Of a stretch of DNA of 64,000 nt, positions 14,388 through 23,759 are shown piece by piece. Position numbers and translations under genes: made by a program. The stretch is taken from positions 62,001 through 126,000 of IMG/VR virus record IMGVR_UViG_3300042261_002385. One strand, 5' to 3'. The notes beneath the pieces are model-generated. The model was not told the DNA's origin, made no database searches, and saw only the letters and a list, made by a program, of their open reading frames with translations. Each line of letters starts with the position of its first letter. Position 1 is the first letter of the stretch.

Positions 14388-14813
14388 TTATCCTATTTTG
14401 GTTTTGACAACTTCTGATACAATTTTCTTATCAACCGGTAGTTGCGCGAATTCTTTCATTATTTGACCTATCTGTGTTATGCCGTTTGCTATGAGTTCGT
14501 CTACTTTTGATTCAATCTCTAACTTGGTCATTTGTTTTGGTAGATAAGATTCGATTATTGCTAACTCAGCACAAGCTTGAACTATATCTTCACCTTTACC
14601 ATCAATTGGTGCTAATGATTTAATCGTTTCTTTCAAAGATTTTGATGCTTTGATTAAAATTTTTAAAACATCTTCATCGGAAAGATTTTCGACTCCAGTA
14701 TTTTTTTCGGCAGTTTGAATTTCTCCTTTGACTACAGAAAGTAAATTTTTGGTAACAGTATTCTTCATTTTGAATGCTGTCATGTAGTCTTTGTTAATTT
14801 GTTCTTTTATCAT
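14388..14813 (-). CDS. yqeY: GatB/YqeY domain protein
   Basis: IKEQINKDYMTAFK...ELAIIESYLPKQM...IGQIMK. Confidence 0.88.
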   Translation of the reverse strand: MIKEQINKDYMTAFKMKNTVTKNLLSVVKGEIQTAEKNTGVENLSDEDVLKILIKASKSLKETIKSLAPIDGKGEDIVQACAELAIIESYLPKQMTKLEIESKVDELIANGITQIGQIMKEFAQLPVDKKIVSEVVKTKIG

Positions 14814-14839
14814 TGTTTTAATTTTTCTTTATCAAATAA

Positions 14840-14993
14840 AAAGAGAGTTTTGGAACGCCTGTCAAGTATGGTCGGAACCCTAGAACCTGTAGTATCTTGA
14901 CTTTTAGTGACCTCATCACTTAGGATTACCTTTTAATGGGCTCATCACCCTTCTTTGAGCAGTGTTACCATTCTGCTCGGAAAATCTCTCTTT
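14840..14993 (-). ncRNA. Candidate multi-stem structured ncRNA
   Basis: Closing AAAGAGAG/CTCTCTTT helix enclosing five hairpins; non-coding. Confidence 0.5.
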
Positions 14994-15243
14994 GTGTTGT
15001 TTTTTTTTCTAATTATTTACAGATATTTCAATCCAACACAAATTTTAATACCTACACTCTTGAATTATATCATATATAGTATAAAATACAAGGTGGTTCA
15101 CTGATTTTTAGTAAGAGTGTAAATTTATTTGTCAGCTACTTACCACCATAATTACATTAAAACTCACACATAAGCGTATGAAGTTAAAAACTTGTTTCTG
15201 TCCGCATTTTTCGAAACTATTGTTTTAATGTCTTTTAAGAATA

Positions 15244-15274
15244 CAAATATAGATATTATTTTTTAATAAACAAA
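15244..15274 (-). promoter_or_regulatory. Bacteroidota-type promoter driving the structured region and yqeY
   Basis: TTTG-N19-TATATTTG. Confidence 0.65.
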
Positions 15275-15293
15275 TATTTAATATATAATCTGT

Positions 15294-16919
15294 ATGAGAT
15301 ATTTAAAATTTTATGAAGCTTTTAAATCTAAAGGAATTTCGAACACGATTAAATTCTTAAAATCAAAAGTTGGTCAGAGTTCAAGTCAAGAATTTATATC
15401 ATCACTTAAAGATTTTATGACCCACAATGATTTTCCAATAGATATTTTATCAGATGATGATATCAAATATATGAGTGCTAAAAAAGCATTATTATTAAAA
15501 TCAGACAAACAGTTATCTAATTCTAAAGGAATCTGGGTGTTGAAATATTGGTTTTCTTTAGATAAAGGATTTTTAGGATACACAGCAACAGGTAATCAAA
15601 CTAGTCCATTTAAAGGCATGGAATCAAGTGAAGGTCATGACGGTCTAAGAAGTGCGGAATTATTCACTGACAGAGACTTAGAACATATTAAAGAAAATAT
15701 TACAAGTATGGGAGAAATTTGGCCAGTCACAGATTATAAAAAACTTAAGACAGGAGATATAGTAATAGGTAGATTTGATAGTGAAATATCATTAGCTAAA
15801 ATATTTGTTGATGAACCAGACAACCATAGAGTGTATGCTATACAGGGTGTGGCATCTGGATCTGAACCTAGAGATGCATCTTGGACAAACTTAAGGCAGT
15901 ATGGCGACCTAAGTTGGTGGTTATATGATAACTCAGAAATGGGTCATGATCACCGTAAACTGCATTTCTATAGAAGTTCGAGTAACGAGTTAACCTATGT
16001 CAATCCTCCGGTTGATGAAGTAGAAAATACAGATGATGATGAAATTTTAGAAAACCCTTTAGAATGGAATTTACCACTTAGTAATAGATTTGCCTTTAGT
16101 ACTTGGGGTAGAAGTCAATTTTCTATCAATTCTTATAAAAAAATTGAGGAAGCTGATTTTGCTTTAGTTCTTTACTTTGATGATATGTTAGTATCTAATA
16201 ACGATGTTGCTTATTACGAAAAACCGTCTGAAACAAAACAAAGAAGAGGACAAGAAAAAATGGGAGCTAGTAAATTTATGTCTGACTCTGATATTAGAAG
16301 AATGAACATAGAAAGATATATTCAAAAATTATCAGCGTCTCTCAACATCACAGAATCTGAATTCTTTAATTTAGAAAAAATTGTGTCTAAGTTCTTATCA
16401 CAAGAATTTAGTTTTATTTCAATTTTCCTTAAAAAACCAGACTGGGAATATCTAGAAGAATTCACTTCAAAACTATATGCTGTTGTTGATTGCTCAGACG
16501 ATGAAAAATCATTCTATATAGAAAGAGTAAGAAGTTACTATCAAACAAAAGTTAAAGACTATTACACGTCGTATGTAAGATTTCAAGATTGTAAAAAATA
16601 TATTGTTGGTGATAGCCAATTGAAAAAGATTTTCGATGAGATTTACAAATTAGGATTAGTGATTCATAATAAGTTAGCAAAAACCGAAATAAACACAATT
16701 GAAGATTTATTTATTACAACTAAGAAATTTGAATCATTGTCGAGTTTCATCAGAATGAGTAGAAACCAATTAAATTATAATGTTAGAGAACTTATGAGTA
16801 ATTTTAGATATGGAGATGATACCGAAAGATGCTTTGAGATTTATAAACAAAGTTATGATAAATATGATGAAGATTTAATTAAAATTAAAAGAATAGAACA
16901 GTTTGTAAATTCTTTATAA
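15294..16919 (+). CDS. Hypothetical phage protein
   Basis: 541-aa ORF, MRYLKFYEAF N-terminus. Confidence 0.75.
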   Translation: MRYLKFYEAFKSKGISNTIKFLKSKVGQSSSQEFISSLKDFMTHNDFPIDILSDDDIKYMSAKKALLLKSDKQLSNSKGIWVLKYWFSLDKGFLGYTATGNQTSPFKGMESSEGHDGLRSAELFTDRDLEHIKENITSMGEIWPVTDYKKLKTGDIVIGRFDSEISLAKIFVDEPDNHRVYAIQGVASGSEPRDASWTNLRQYGDLSWWLYDNSEMGHDHRKLHFYRSSSNELTYVNPPVDEVENTDDDEILENPLEWNLPLSNRFAFSTWGRSQFSINSYKKIEEADFALVLYFDDMLVSNNDVAYYEKPSETKQRRGQEKMGASKFMSDSDIRRMNIERYIQKLSASLNITESEFFNLEKIVSKFLSQEFSFISIFLKKPDWEYLEEFTSKLYAVVDCSDDEKSFYIERVRSYYQTKVKDYYTSYVRFQDCKKYIVGDSQLKKIFDEIYKLGLVIHNKLAKTEINTIEDLFITTKKFESLSSFIRMSRNQLNYNVRELMSNFRYGDDTERCFEIYKQSYDKYDEDLIKIKRIEQFVNSL

Positions 16920-17288
16920 ATGTTTTAAGTCCTGAATTCTATCATCTAATTCCTTAATCAGGATTATACACTCAGTTTTTAAATCTTTAAGTTTTGAAAT
17001 AGTCTCATCATCTGAAGTTTTTCCGGTTTTATTTAGCTTGACAATTTCATCATTAATACCAGATATCTCCTCTTTTAAATTAGCTTTCAATTGATCTAAC
17101 TCTGATTTAATCAGCAATTTTACTTCCGGAATAAAAGTTTTGAAATAAGGATTTTCATACAAATCGTTTTTGTAGTAATCAGAGCTAAATCCTTTAATAA
17201 TTTTAGTGATGTTATCTAAAACCTCTTCTTCATTTTGAGAAGACTTTAATTCTGATAATAACCTCTCATAATCTTTTCGTTTATTCAT
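16914..17288 (-). CDS. Hypothetical coiled-coil protein
   Basis: ATG at 17288, just after the smpB stop. Confidence 0.6.
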   Translation of the reverse strand: MNKRKDYERLLSELKSSQNEEEVLDNITKIIKGFSSDYYKNDLYENPYFKTFIPEVKLLIKSELDQLKANLKEEISGINDEIVKLNKTGKTSDDETISKLKDLKTECIILIKELDDRIQDLKHL

Positions 17289-17289
17289 A

Positions 17290-17724
17290 CTACAATCCTC
17301 TTTGCATTTCTCTTTTGATATCTCTCTCTTTAATTGATTGTCGTTTATCATAAAGTTTTTTCCCCTTTACAACACCAATTTTAACTTTTAACTTATTGTT
17401 TTTACTAAATACTTGAAGTGGAACACAAGTTATTCCCTTATCATCCATCATTCTAGAAATTTTGACTATTTGATTTTTAGTAAGTAATAGTTTCTTTTCT
17501 CTATTTTCTTCGTGTTTTTCAGAAAGGTGTGTTTGTTTGTATCTGGCTACTTTGAAGTTTTTTATCCAAACTTCACCAGACTTTAGGTAGATAAAAGAAT
17601 CAGTCAAATTAACATTTCCCATTCTAATAGACTTAACTTCAGAACCAAGCAGAATTATTCCTGCTTCAAATTCTTCTAAAACATGGAATTCAAAATATGC
17701 TTTTCTGTTGTTTACAATACTCAT
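17290..17724 (-). CDS. smpB: SsrA-binding protein SmpB
   Basis: NRKAYFEF..EAGIILLGSEVKSIR..KLLL..KGKKLYDKRQSIKERD. Confidence 0.95.
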   Translation of the reverse strand: MSIVNNRKAYFEFHVLEEFEAGIILLGSEVKSIRMGNVNLTDSFIYLKSGEVWIKNFKVARYKQTHLSEKHEENREKKLLLTKNQIVKISRMMDDKGITCVPLQVFSKNNKLKVKIGVVKGKKLYDKRQSIKERDIKREMQRGL

Positions 17725-17790
17725 ATAACAAATATAATTATATTTCTACAATTTGTTTAGTAAAGTTAAACAACTCATTAAATTTTTTCA

Positions 17791-18135
17791 TTAAGAAAGG
17801 TGTTCGTTAATGACCTCTTTAAGTCTGTCTTTACCAACATTACCTACAAGTTTTACTGGATTTCCCTCTGAATCAGTTACCAACTGCCCTTCTTTATAAA
17901 AAAGAAGTGTAGGAATATTCCTGATTCCCAGTTTTTTTACTAAATCTGAATTTTCATCAGCATTCAGTTTACCAACAGATAATTGACCCACGTATTCTGA
18001 AGATACTTGGTCGATAATTGGAGCAATCAATTTACAAGGTCCACACCACGGGGCCCAAACATCTACAAGTGTTAGTGGATGGTTTGTAAACTCATCAAAG
18101 TTTGTATCATTTAATTCTGTAATATATGCTATCAT
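17791..18135 (-). CDS. trxA: Thioredoxin
   Basis: WAPWCGPCK. Confidence 0.92.
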   Translation of the reverse strand: MIAYITELNDTNFDEFTNHPLTLVDVWAPWCGPCKLIAPIIDQVSSEYVGQLSVGKLNADENSDLVKKLGIRNIPTLLFYKEGQLVTDSEGNPVKLVGNVGKDRLKEVINEHLS

Positions 18136-18175
18136 TTTTTCGCTTTCTTTTTTATATTTATTAAATTGATAAAGT

Positions 18176-19462
18176 TTACTCTAACCAATTAAGGTTTATT
18201 TGGGTAGTTTCTTTATCATCTTTTATTCCTAAGATTTTTCTGACCTTTCCCTTAGTGTCATTAATTATATTTTTTCTAACTGAGAGTTCTAATAGTAGTA
18301 GGTTCTCTGGAGATAACTCAACATCTTCAAGGTCATGTTTTTCAAGAATTGAAATTCCAATTATTGGATCCTCTTCAAAAATTTCTAATACATTTTTAAC
18401 TATTTTTAATTGTTCTGAAAGTTTTTTTCCCTTCAAATTTCTGATGCTATTCGGAGCGTAACGACCAACTCTTGATAGAAGTTCTAAATCTTCATCAGTT
18501 GGATCACAATCTACGTAACTATTATCTTTAAAAAAGAAATAAAGTTTGTCCCACAATTTAGCTAGCAAGTCTTTTTGCCAAATGTTTCTCATATAAAATA
18601 AAAACTCAAAAGAACTACGTATTTTTCTTAGATTATCATCTACGAATTCTTCATGACCATAAACAAAATCAGCATTATCATCTATTTTTTTATCAGTTTG
18701 AACAGGATTGAGGTGATAAATATTAGACACTTCATTAAAATTAATTTTGATATATTCCTCAATGTCTTTGTCTCTATGTATAGTAAAAAATTGATTCAAT
18801 TTTTCAGAGTATCTCTGATACATATTAAAGTATCTTTCTTTAAATCTAAATTTGAAAGTGTCATTAAATCTAACTCCAATAGTATGTTTTACAAGTTTTA
18901 ACTCAAAGTCGTCTAATTTACAATTTAGTTCATCAGCCTTTTTGACAATTCTTATTGCAGTATGAGCAGGTGTCATTAGATTACAAACTTTTAGTTCACC
19001 GGTGTTTAGAAATTCTTCAAATTCTTGAGTCCAATAAACTTTATCTTCTTCAATTGAATATCCCACCTTTGTTGAATTGATATCAAATGAACGAAGTATC
19101 AAATCAGTGTCTTTTTTATTAGATTTATACTTTACTATATTTAACATTCCATTATTTTCAGAACTAACAATAGTATAGAAGTCTCTATTAATATTTCCAT
19201 ATCTCATACCAGAATAGTCTTCCCAGAAACTTTCTTCTTTTTCTTGGTATTTGAATAAAAGACTTTTATCAGAATCGTCAATTGCTTCAATCACTCCATC
19301 AAATATAAAAATATCTACATCATTAACAACAGCTTTATTACCAGAGACTGATTGCCAAACTAAGTTGGCAATCGATCCACCAGCGATAAATCCACTACTT
19401 GGAAGAGTCCATTTAGACTTAATTACATCAACCGCGTCCCTAACAAGTTTTTCTATATTCAT
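18176..19462 (-). CDS. Pol-beta-superfamily nucleotidyltransferase (CCA-adding/poly(A) polymerase-like head)
   Basis: FIAGGSIAN...NDVDIF and RSFDIN motifs. Confidence 0.6.
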   Translation of the reverse strand: MNIEKLVRDAVDVIKSKWTLPSSGFIAGGSIANLVWQSVSGNKAVVNDVDIFIFDGVIEAIDDSDKSLLFKYQEKEESFWEDYSGMRYGNINRDFYTIVSSENNGMLNIVKYKSNKKDTDLILRSFDINSTKVGYSIEEDKVYWTQEFEEFLNTGELKVCNLMTPAHTAIRIVKKADELNCKLDDFELKLVKHTIGVRFNDTFKFRFKERYFNMYQRYSEKLNQFFTIHRDKDIEEYIKINFNEVSNIYHLNPVQTDKKIDDNADFVYGHEEFVDDNLRKIRSSFEFLFYMRNIWQKDLLAKLWDKLYFFFKDNSYVDCDPTDEDLELLSRVGRYAPNSIRNLKGKKLSEQLKIVKNVLEIFEEDPIIGISILEKHDLEDVELSPENLLLLELSVRKNIINDTKGKVRKILGIKDDKETTQINLNWLE

Positions 19463-19464
19463 AA

Positions 19465-20031
19465 TTATTTAAGTATTTCGTCAACTACACCAAGTTCTAA
19501 TGCTTCATCAGAAGTCATATACCAGTCTTTTTTATTTTCTAAAATTTCTTTCAGTTTTTTCTTACCGATTTTAGTTCTATCTTGAGTATAATCTTCAATT
19601 TGTTTTTGAAGTCTTTTTGTTTCTTCTAATTTTTCTTCCATATCTTGAACCTTTCCCCAGAATCCAGTTGATACCTGGTGATAAAGTGGAGTAGACATTT
19701 TGTGAGCAAATCTCTTATGTCCGGAAATAAGTAATAAGAATCCACAGCTCATTGCACATCCAGTTACAATAGTATGAACAGGTGTTTTACTTCGTTCAAT
19801 AACCGAAAGTAATCCAAAACACTGATAGACAGCACCGCCGTAAGAATCAATATAGATGTTAATTGGTTCTGGTTTGTAGTCAAGTCCATAAATAGAATAG
19901 ACCTTTTTTAAGTGTTCATCATCTTGGTTTATTTCAATAACTCTTTGTGTCAATTCTCCAATTGACGATTGGTCAACCTGTTTTGTGAAAAATAGGTCGC
20001 GTTTTTTAGGTAGTGGTAAATTTTCTGCCAT
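19465..20031 (-). CDS. clpP: ClpP-family protease subunit
   Basis: IYIDSYGG, GCAMSCG, HQ, DWYM..EALELGVVDEI. Confidence 0.9.
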   Translation of the reverse strand: MAENLPLPKKRDLFFTKQVDQSSIGELTQRVIEINQDDEHLKKVYSIYGLDYKPEPINIYIDSYGGAVYQCFGLLSVIERSKTPVHTIVTGCAMSCGFLLLISGHKRFAHKMSTPLYHQVSTGFWGKVQDMEEKLEETKRLQKQIEDYTQDRTKIGKKKLKEILENKKDWYMTSDEALELGVVDEILK

Positions 20032-20056
20032 ATTATTTTAGTTTTAAAAGTTTAAA

Positions 20057-20656
20057 TTACATATACATTTCATCAATATCATCAAATTCCTTTTTGGATT
20101 GAGATATTAGAATGTGTCGTCCGTTTCTAATTTGTGATTTGATAGTAGATAGGTTTTTACCTAATTTGTCGGCTATGTCTTTATAAGCCATCTTTTTAAT
20201 TTCTCTCATTTCAATTACAGTCTTATACGGTTCTTTGAGAGATTCCATATGCTTCTTCATAATGTCAGCTTTCATTGAAGAAACATCTTGAAGATGTAGG
20301 TCTGATTCTTCTTCAGTGATAAAGTCTTTCATAGTTGTTCCTTCGTCGTCAAATTCAATATCTAAAGAGATACTACGTTTTTCAACTTTCATGTCTTGAA
20401 GTGTTAAGTTTTTTGCTATTGTAAATAGCCAAGTTGAGAACTGTGATTTGTCTTTATCATACTTTTCAATTTTATCCAGTGCTATCATAAAAGAGTCTGT
20501 GGATAAATCTTCTGCCTTTTGAGAGTCATTACAAATACGTGAAGTAAAGTAGATTAATTTGGGATAATACTTTGAATAAAGTTGAGTAAATTCTTTCCCT
20601 GTTTTTTCTCTGAACAATTTTTCTTGTTCAGCAAATGATTTCATTTTTGATTCCAT
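20057..20656 (-). CDS. Sigma-70 family, ECF-type RNA polymerase sigma factor
   Basis: AEDL..F....FSTWLFTIAKN (region 2); YKDIADKLG..TIKSQIRNGR (region 4). Confidence 0.9.
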   Translation of the reverse strand: MESKMKSFAEQEKLFREKTGKEFTQLYSKYYPKLIYFTSRICNDSQKAEDLSTDSFMIALDKIEKYDKDKSQFSTWLFTIAKNLTLQDMKVEKRSISLDIEFDDEGTTMKDFITEEESDLHLQDVSSMKADIMKKHMESLKEPYKTVIEMREIKKMAYKDIADKLGKNLSTIKSQIRNGRHILISQSKKEFDDIDEMYM

Positions 20657-20761
20657 AATTGCCGTTAATTTTTATTTGACCGTGAGCCGCCATCGCCGTT
20701 TAATTTGCCGTTTATATTATATTTATATTGTATATATCCTAGAAGTTTAGTTTCCATGTTA

Positions 20762-21265
20762 TTAATTATCGAAAAAGAAACAACATCTCACATTAAGAGG
20801 ATCATCATCAATCTCTTTCATTTTTTCAATAGTTTCCATTAACTCTTCAATATAATCTGAGTCATATTGAGACCAATCAACATTTAACAATTCTTCTAAT
20901 GTAAAGTAAGAATGTGAGTGAGCATCACTATCCCACTGGTCACACTTATAAAGGTAACCTGTTGAAGCATCGTTAGGTATTCCACGAGGATAACCTAATG
21001 GTTCAACTTCACCACTATTTCTTACATCGGCTAAGATACTAAAAAGATAGTAGTTTCTATTATTATAATACTCTAAATTCCAAGGAATATGCCAATTACC
21101 ATCTTCGAGTTCCCATTTATCAGCAGATACCCAACGATATTCAGTTGGAACATCTCCTAATACTTCGTTTAACTTTTGATCTCTATCATCTGATAGGTTT
21201 CTTGGGCCACTATAATCATTTGATGAAGTCCATCTTTCTACACAAAAATGTATATCACATCCCAT
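20762..21265 (-). CDS. Hypothetical phage protein (MGCDIH...FFDN type)
   Basis: RNYYLFSILADVRN, PRGIP, HSHSYFTLEEL motifs. Confidence 0.7.
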   Translation of the reverse strand: MGCDIHFCVERWTSSNDYSGPRNLSDDRDQKLNEVLGDVPTEYRWVSADKWELEDGNWHIPWNLEYYNNRNYYLFSILADVRNSGEVEPLGYPRGIPNDASTGYLYKCDQWDSDAHSHSYFTLEELLNVDWSQYDSDYIEELMETIEKMKEIDDDPLNVRCCFFFDN

Positions 21266-21267
21266 AT

Positions 21268-21600
21268 TTATATTTTATATTTATATTCATTAAATTCACC
21301 TCGTCTATATTCATATAAAACAGTTATATTATCTTCTAAAACTACATTTTTATCTTCTAAAACATTGTCAATTTGACAATTCCTTCTTTCATCTTTTGGA
21401 TAAACATTTATCTCGACTTTATAATCTTTTATTAAATTAGAATCGACTAATCTATTTTGTATTTGTTTAGATATAAGTTCTCTAAGTTCTGCTTGTTTGT
21501 ATCCAGACTTATTAAATTTAATATGATTTGGATATTCTATACAGAAAAATTCAATAATATTTCTGACATAATCCAATTCTATTTCAGCGAGTGTTTTCAT
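21268..21600 (-). CDS. Hypothetical protein
   Basis: ORF in operon. Confidence 0.6.
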   Translation of the reverse strand: MKTLAEIELDYVRNIIEFFCIEYPNHIKFNKSGYKQAELRELISKQIQNRLVDSNLIKDYKVEINVYPKDERRNCQIDNVLEDKNVVLEDNITVLYEYRRGEFNEYKYKI

Positions 21601-23417
21601 TTAAGTAAATCTTCTAATTCCTCAACCGTTAAAATTGTAATTCCAAGTGAGATAGCCTTTGTTTCTTTTGAAGAACCAGAACCTTTAGACTTCATAACCA
21701 AGTGTGTTGTGTTTTTAGAAACAGAACCACCGATTAAACCACCTCTACTAACAATAACTTCTTCTAAATCTTTTCTACGAACACCAGTGAAAACAAATTG
21801 TTTTCCATCTAAGTCATTTCCAGTTTTTACAACCTCTACTTTTTCAGAAATAGTGATAGGTAAGTCTTTTACAAAGTTAAAGAATTCATCATAACTATCA
21901 ATATAAGATTTAGCAGAAATCTCAGCAAATCCTTCGATTGCCATAACCTGGTCAATAGTTGGTTTAGTAACAAAATCTTCTAACAATAACAATTTCTTAC
22001 TACCTAAACCTTTAAAGATACCAGTAGCGTGTTGTAGTTTAGATAAACTCACATTAGTGACTGATTTCTGAATTGAGTCATAGACAATCTTTGCTTTACG
22101 TTTTCCAAATCGCTCAATCTTCTCTAAGTCAGAAGTTGTTAGTGAAAGAATATCCTTAATAGTTTTATATCCAGCATCCCACAGTTGAGTGATAACTCCT
22201 TCAGAAACATTATCAGCTTCTAAAATTTCAAAGAAAGAGATATTCTTTTTTAATTTTTGTTCATCAGTTTCGGTCAATGTCACCAACTCAACACCATTTT
22301 CATTCCAATCGATGTTATCGACATCAGGCATTTGAAATTCAACCGGTGTAACAACATCAGCGATAATTGGAATAACCATTCCACTTCGTTTTACAACAAC
22401 TTTTGCTCCAATACCAATACCCATATCTTTTACAAAACGGGCGTTGTTACCAGTCACATTAGATACAGTAACTCCGTCTAATTTAACAGGACTAATGTGT
22501 AGGGTAGGTTTAAGATAACCTTGTTTTGAAATATTCCAAGAGATACCGATAATTTCAGTTTCTGCAGATTGTTCAAAAGAAGGATGTTTGAAGGCTCTTG
22601 CCCAAACAGGATTATTTGATGAGGTTTCACGACCTAAAGTCATTTGAGTATTAAGATCATTAATTTCAATGATTAAACCATCGATTTCATAATCAACAGA
22701 ATATTCGTGAAAAAGGTTGATAAGAAGTTCTTCTGTAATATCAGAAATTCTACAGATATGGTAAGGAACTTTAATACTTTGACTTGAATTAAGTTCGTCT
22801 ATAATTTGTTTTTTTGATTGAAATGTATTTTTTGATTGAATAGCTCCATATTTGATGTAGCTACAATCTGTTAAAGCTTGAGTTGCTTCTTTTGAATTGA
22901 GAAGACCAGCAACTAAATTACGTGGATTTGCAAAATCGTTTGAATACTTTTCTAAAAAAGTTTTCTTAGACATCATCACTTCACCATAGGTAAAAGTGAA
23001 AGTAGGTTTAGTTAAATGATTGTCAATAAGAGCATAGTGTTCATTTGACTTCTGACCAGTAGTGCCATCACCTCGAGTCCAAGCTTCTGATGTTGATTCA
23101 TTTACACATAAAGAAAGACCATCATATTTAGGTGTGATGATAACAAAATTGTGAGTTTGTATGTTTTTTAGTCGACACCAATCCTTAATGTCATCCATGG
23201 ATTTAATTTTGTTCATCGAAGCCATCTCAATTGGTAACTTTGACTTACGAGATTCATCTGTGATAGAGTGTCCTACTTTAGATAGTAGTTCATCATTAGG
23301 AGAAAGTAGTTCTAATTCTTCAATTAATTGGTCATATTCTCTATCAGAGATAATTGGGTTACCCAATCTATAAGCTTCGTTAGCTTTTACAATCTTTTCC
23401 TTTAAGTCATTAATCAT
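21597..23417 (-). CDS. ligA: NAD-dependent DNA ligase
   Basis: KYDG adenylation motif, NPRN, IDG, OB fold, HhH, C-terminal BRCT. Confidence 0.95.
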   Translation of the reverse strand: MINDLKEKIVKANEAYRLGNPIISDREYDQLIEELELLSPNDELLSKVGHSITDESRKSKLPIEMASMNKIKSMDDIKDWCRLKNIQTHNFVIITPKYDGLSLCVNESTSEAWTRGDGTTGQKSNEHYALIDNHLTKPTFTFTYGEVMMSKKTFLEKYSNDFANPRNLVAGLLNSKEATQALTDCSYIKYGAIQSKNTFQSKKQIIDELNSSQSIKVPYHICRISDITEELLINLFHEYSVDYEIDGLIIEINDLNTQMTLGRETSSNNPVWARAFKHPSFEQSAETEIIGISWNISKQGYLKPTLHISPVKLDGVTVSNVTGNNARFVKDMGIGIGAKVVVKRSGMVIPIIADVVTPVEFQMPDVDNIDWNENGVELVTLTETDEQKLKKNISFFEILEADNVSEGVITQLWDAGYKTIKDILSLTTSDLEKIERFGKRKAKIVYDSIQKSVTNVSLSKLQHATGIFKGLGSKKLLLLEDFVTKPTIDQVMAIEGFAEISAKSYIDSYDEFFNFVKDLPITISEKVEVVKTGNDLDGKQFVFTGVRRKDLEEVIVSRGGLIGGSVSKNTTHLVMKSKGSGSSKETKAISLGITILTVEELEDLLK

Positions 23418-23435
23418 AATACAAATATAGTTAAT

Positions 23436-23678
23436 TTATTCTGAAATATCAAGATTTTGTAAATTCTTTTGACGGATATATGTTTTTTCATCATAGACCT
23501 CAATAACATATCCTTCTATTTTAAATTCTACAGCCCATGCGTCGTATCCTGTCTTATACTGAGGATTCTTTTCTAAAACTTTATCAATCGCCTCTTTTGT
23601 GTCCTCAGCAACTACTCGGTATTCAGGTTTTGATGAATACCAACCACCATCATTAAATGTTACAGTCCAAATCTTCAT
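23436..23678 (-). CDS. Hypothetical protein
   Basis: ATG at 23678 (MKIWTVTF), just downstream of a TACATTTG promoter element. Confidence 0.6.
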   Translation of the reverse strand: MKIWTVTFNDGGWYSSKPEYRVVAEDTKEAIDKVLEKNPQYKTGYDAWAVEFKIEGYVIEVYDEKTYIRQKNLQNLDISE

Positions 23679-23759
23679 AATAACAAATGTAAAAAATAAA
23701 AAACAAAGACCAAAGAAATAACTAAAAATTAATATATAACAAAAAATCAAAATTTAAAA

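Noticed and set aside
14820-17724. tmRNA gene near smpB
   Set aside because: No tmRNA-like 5'/3' ends of suitable length were found. The only G3:U70 acceptor seen is the ordinary tRNA-Ala, and the 128-nt RNA lacks G3:U70.
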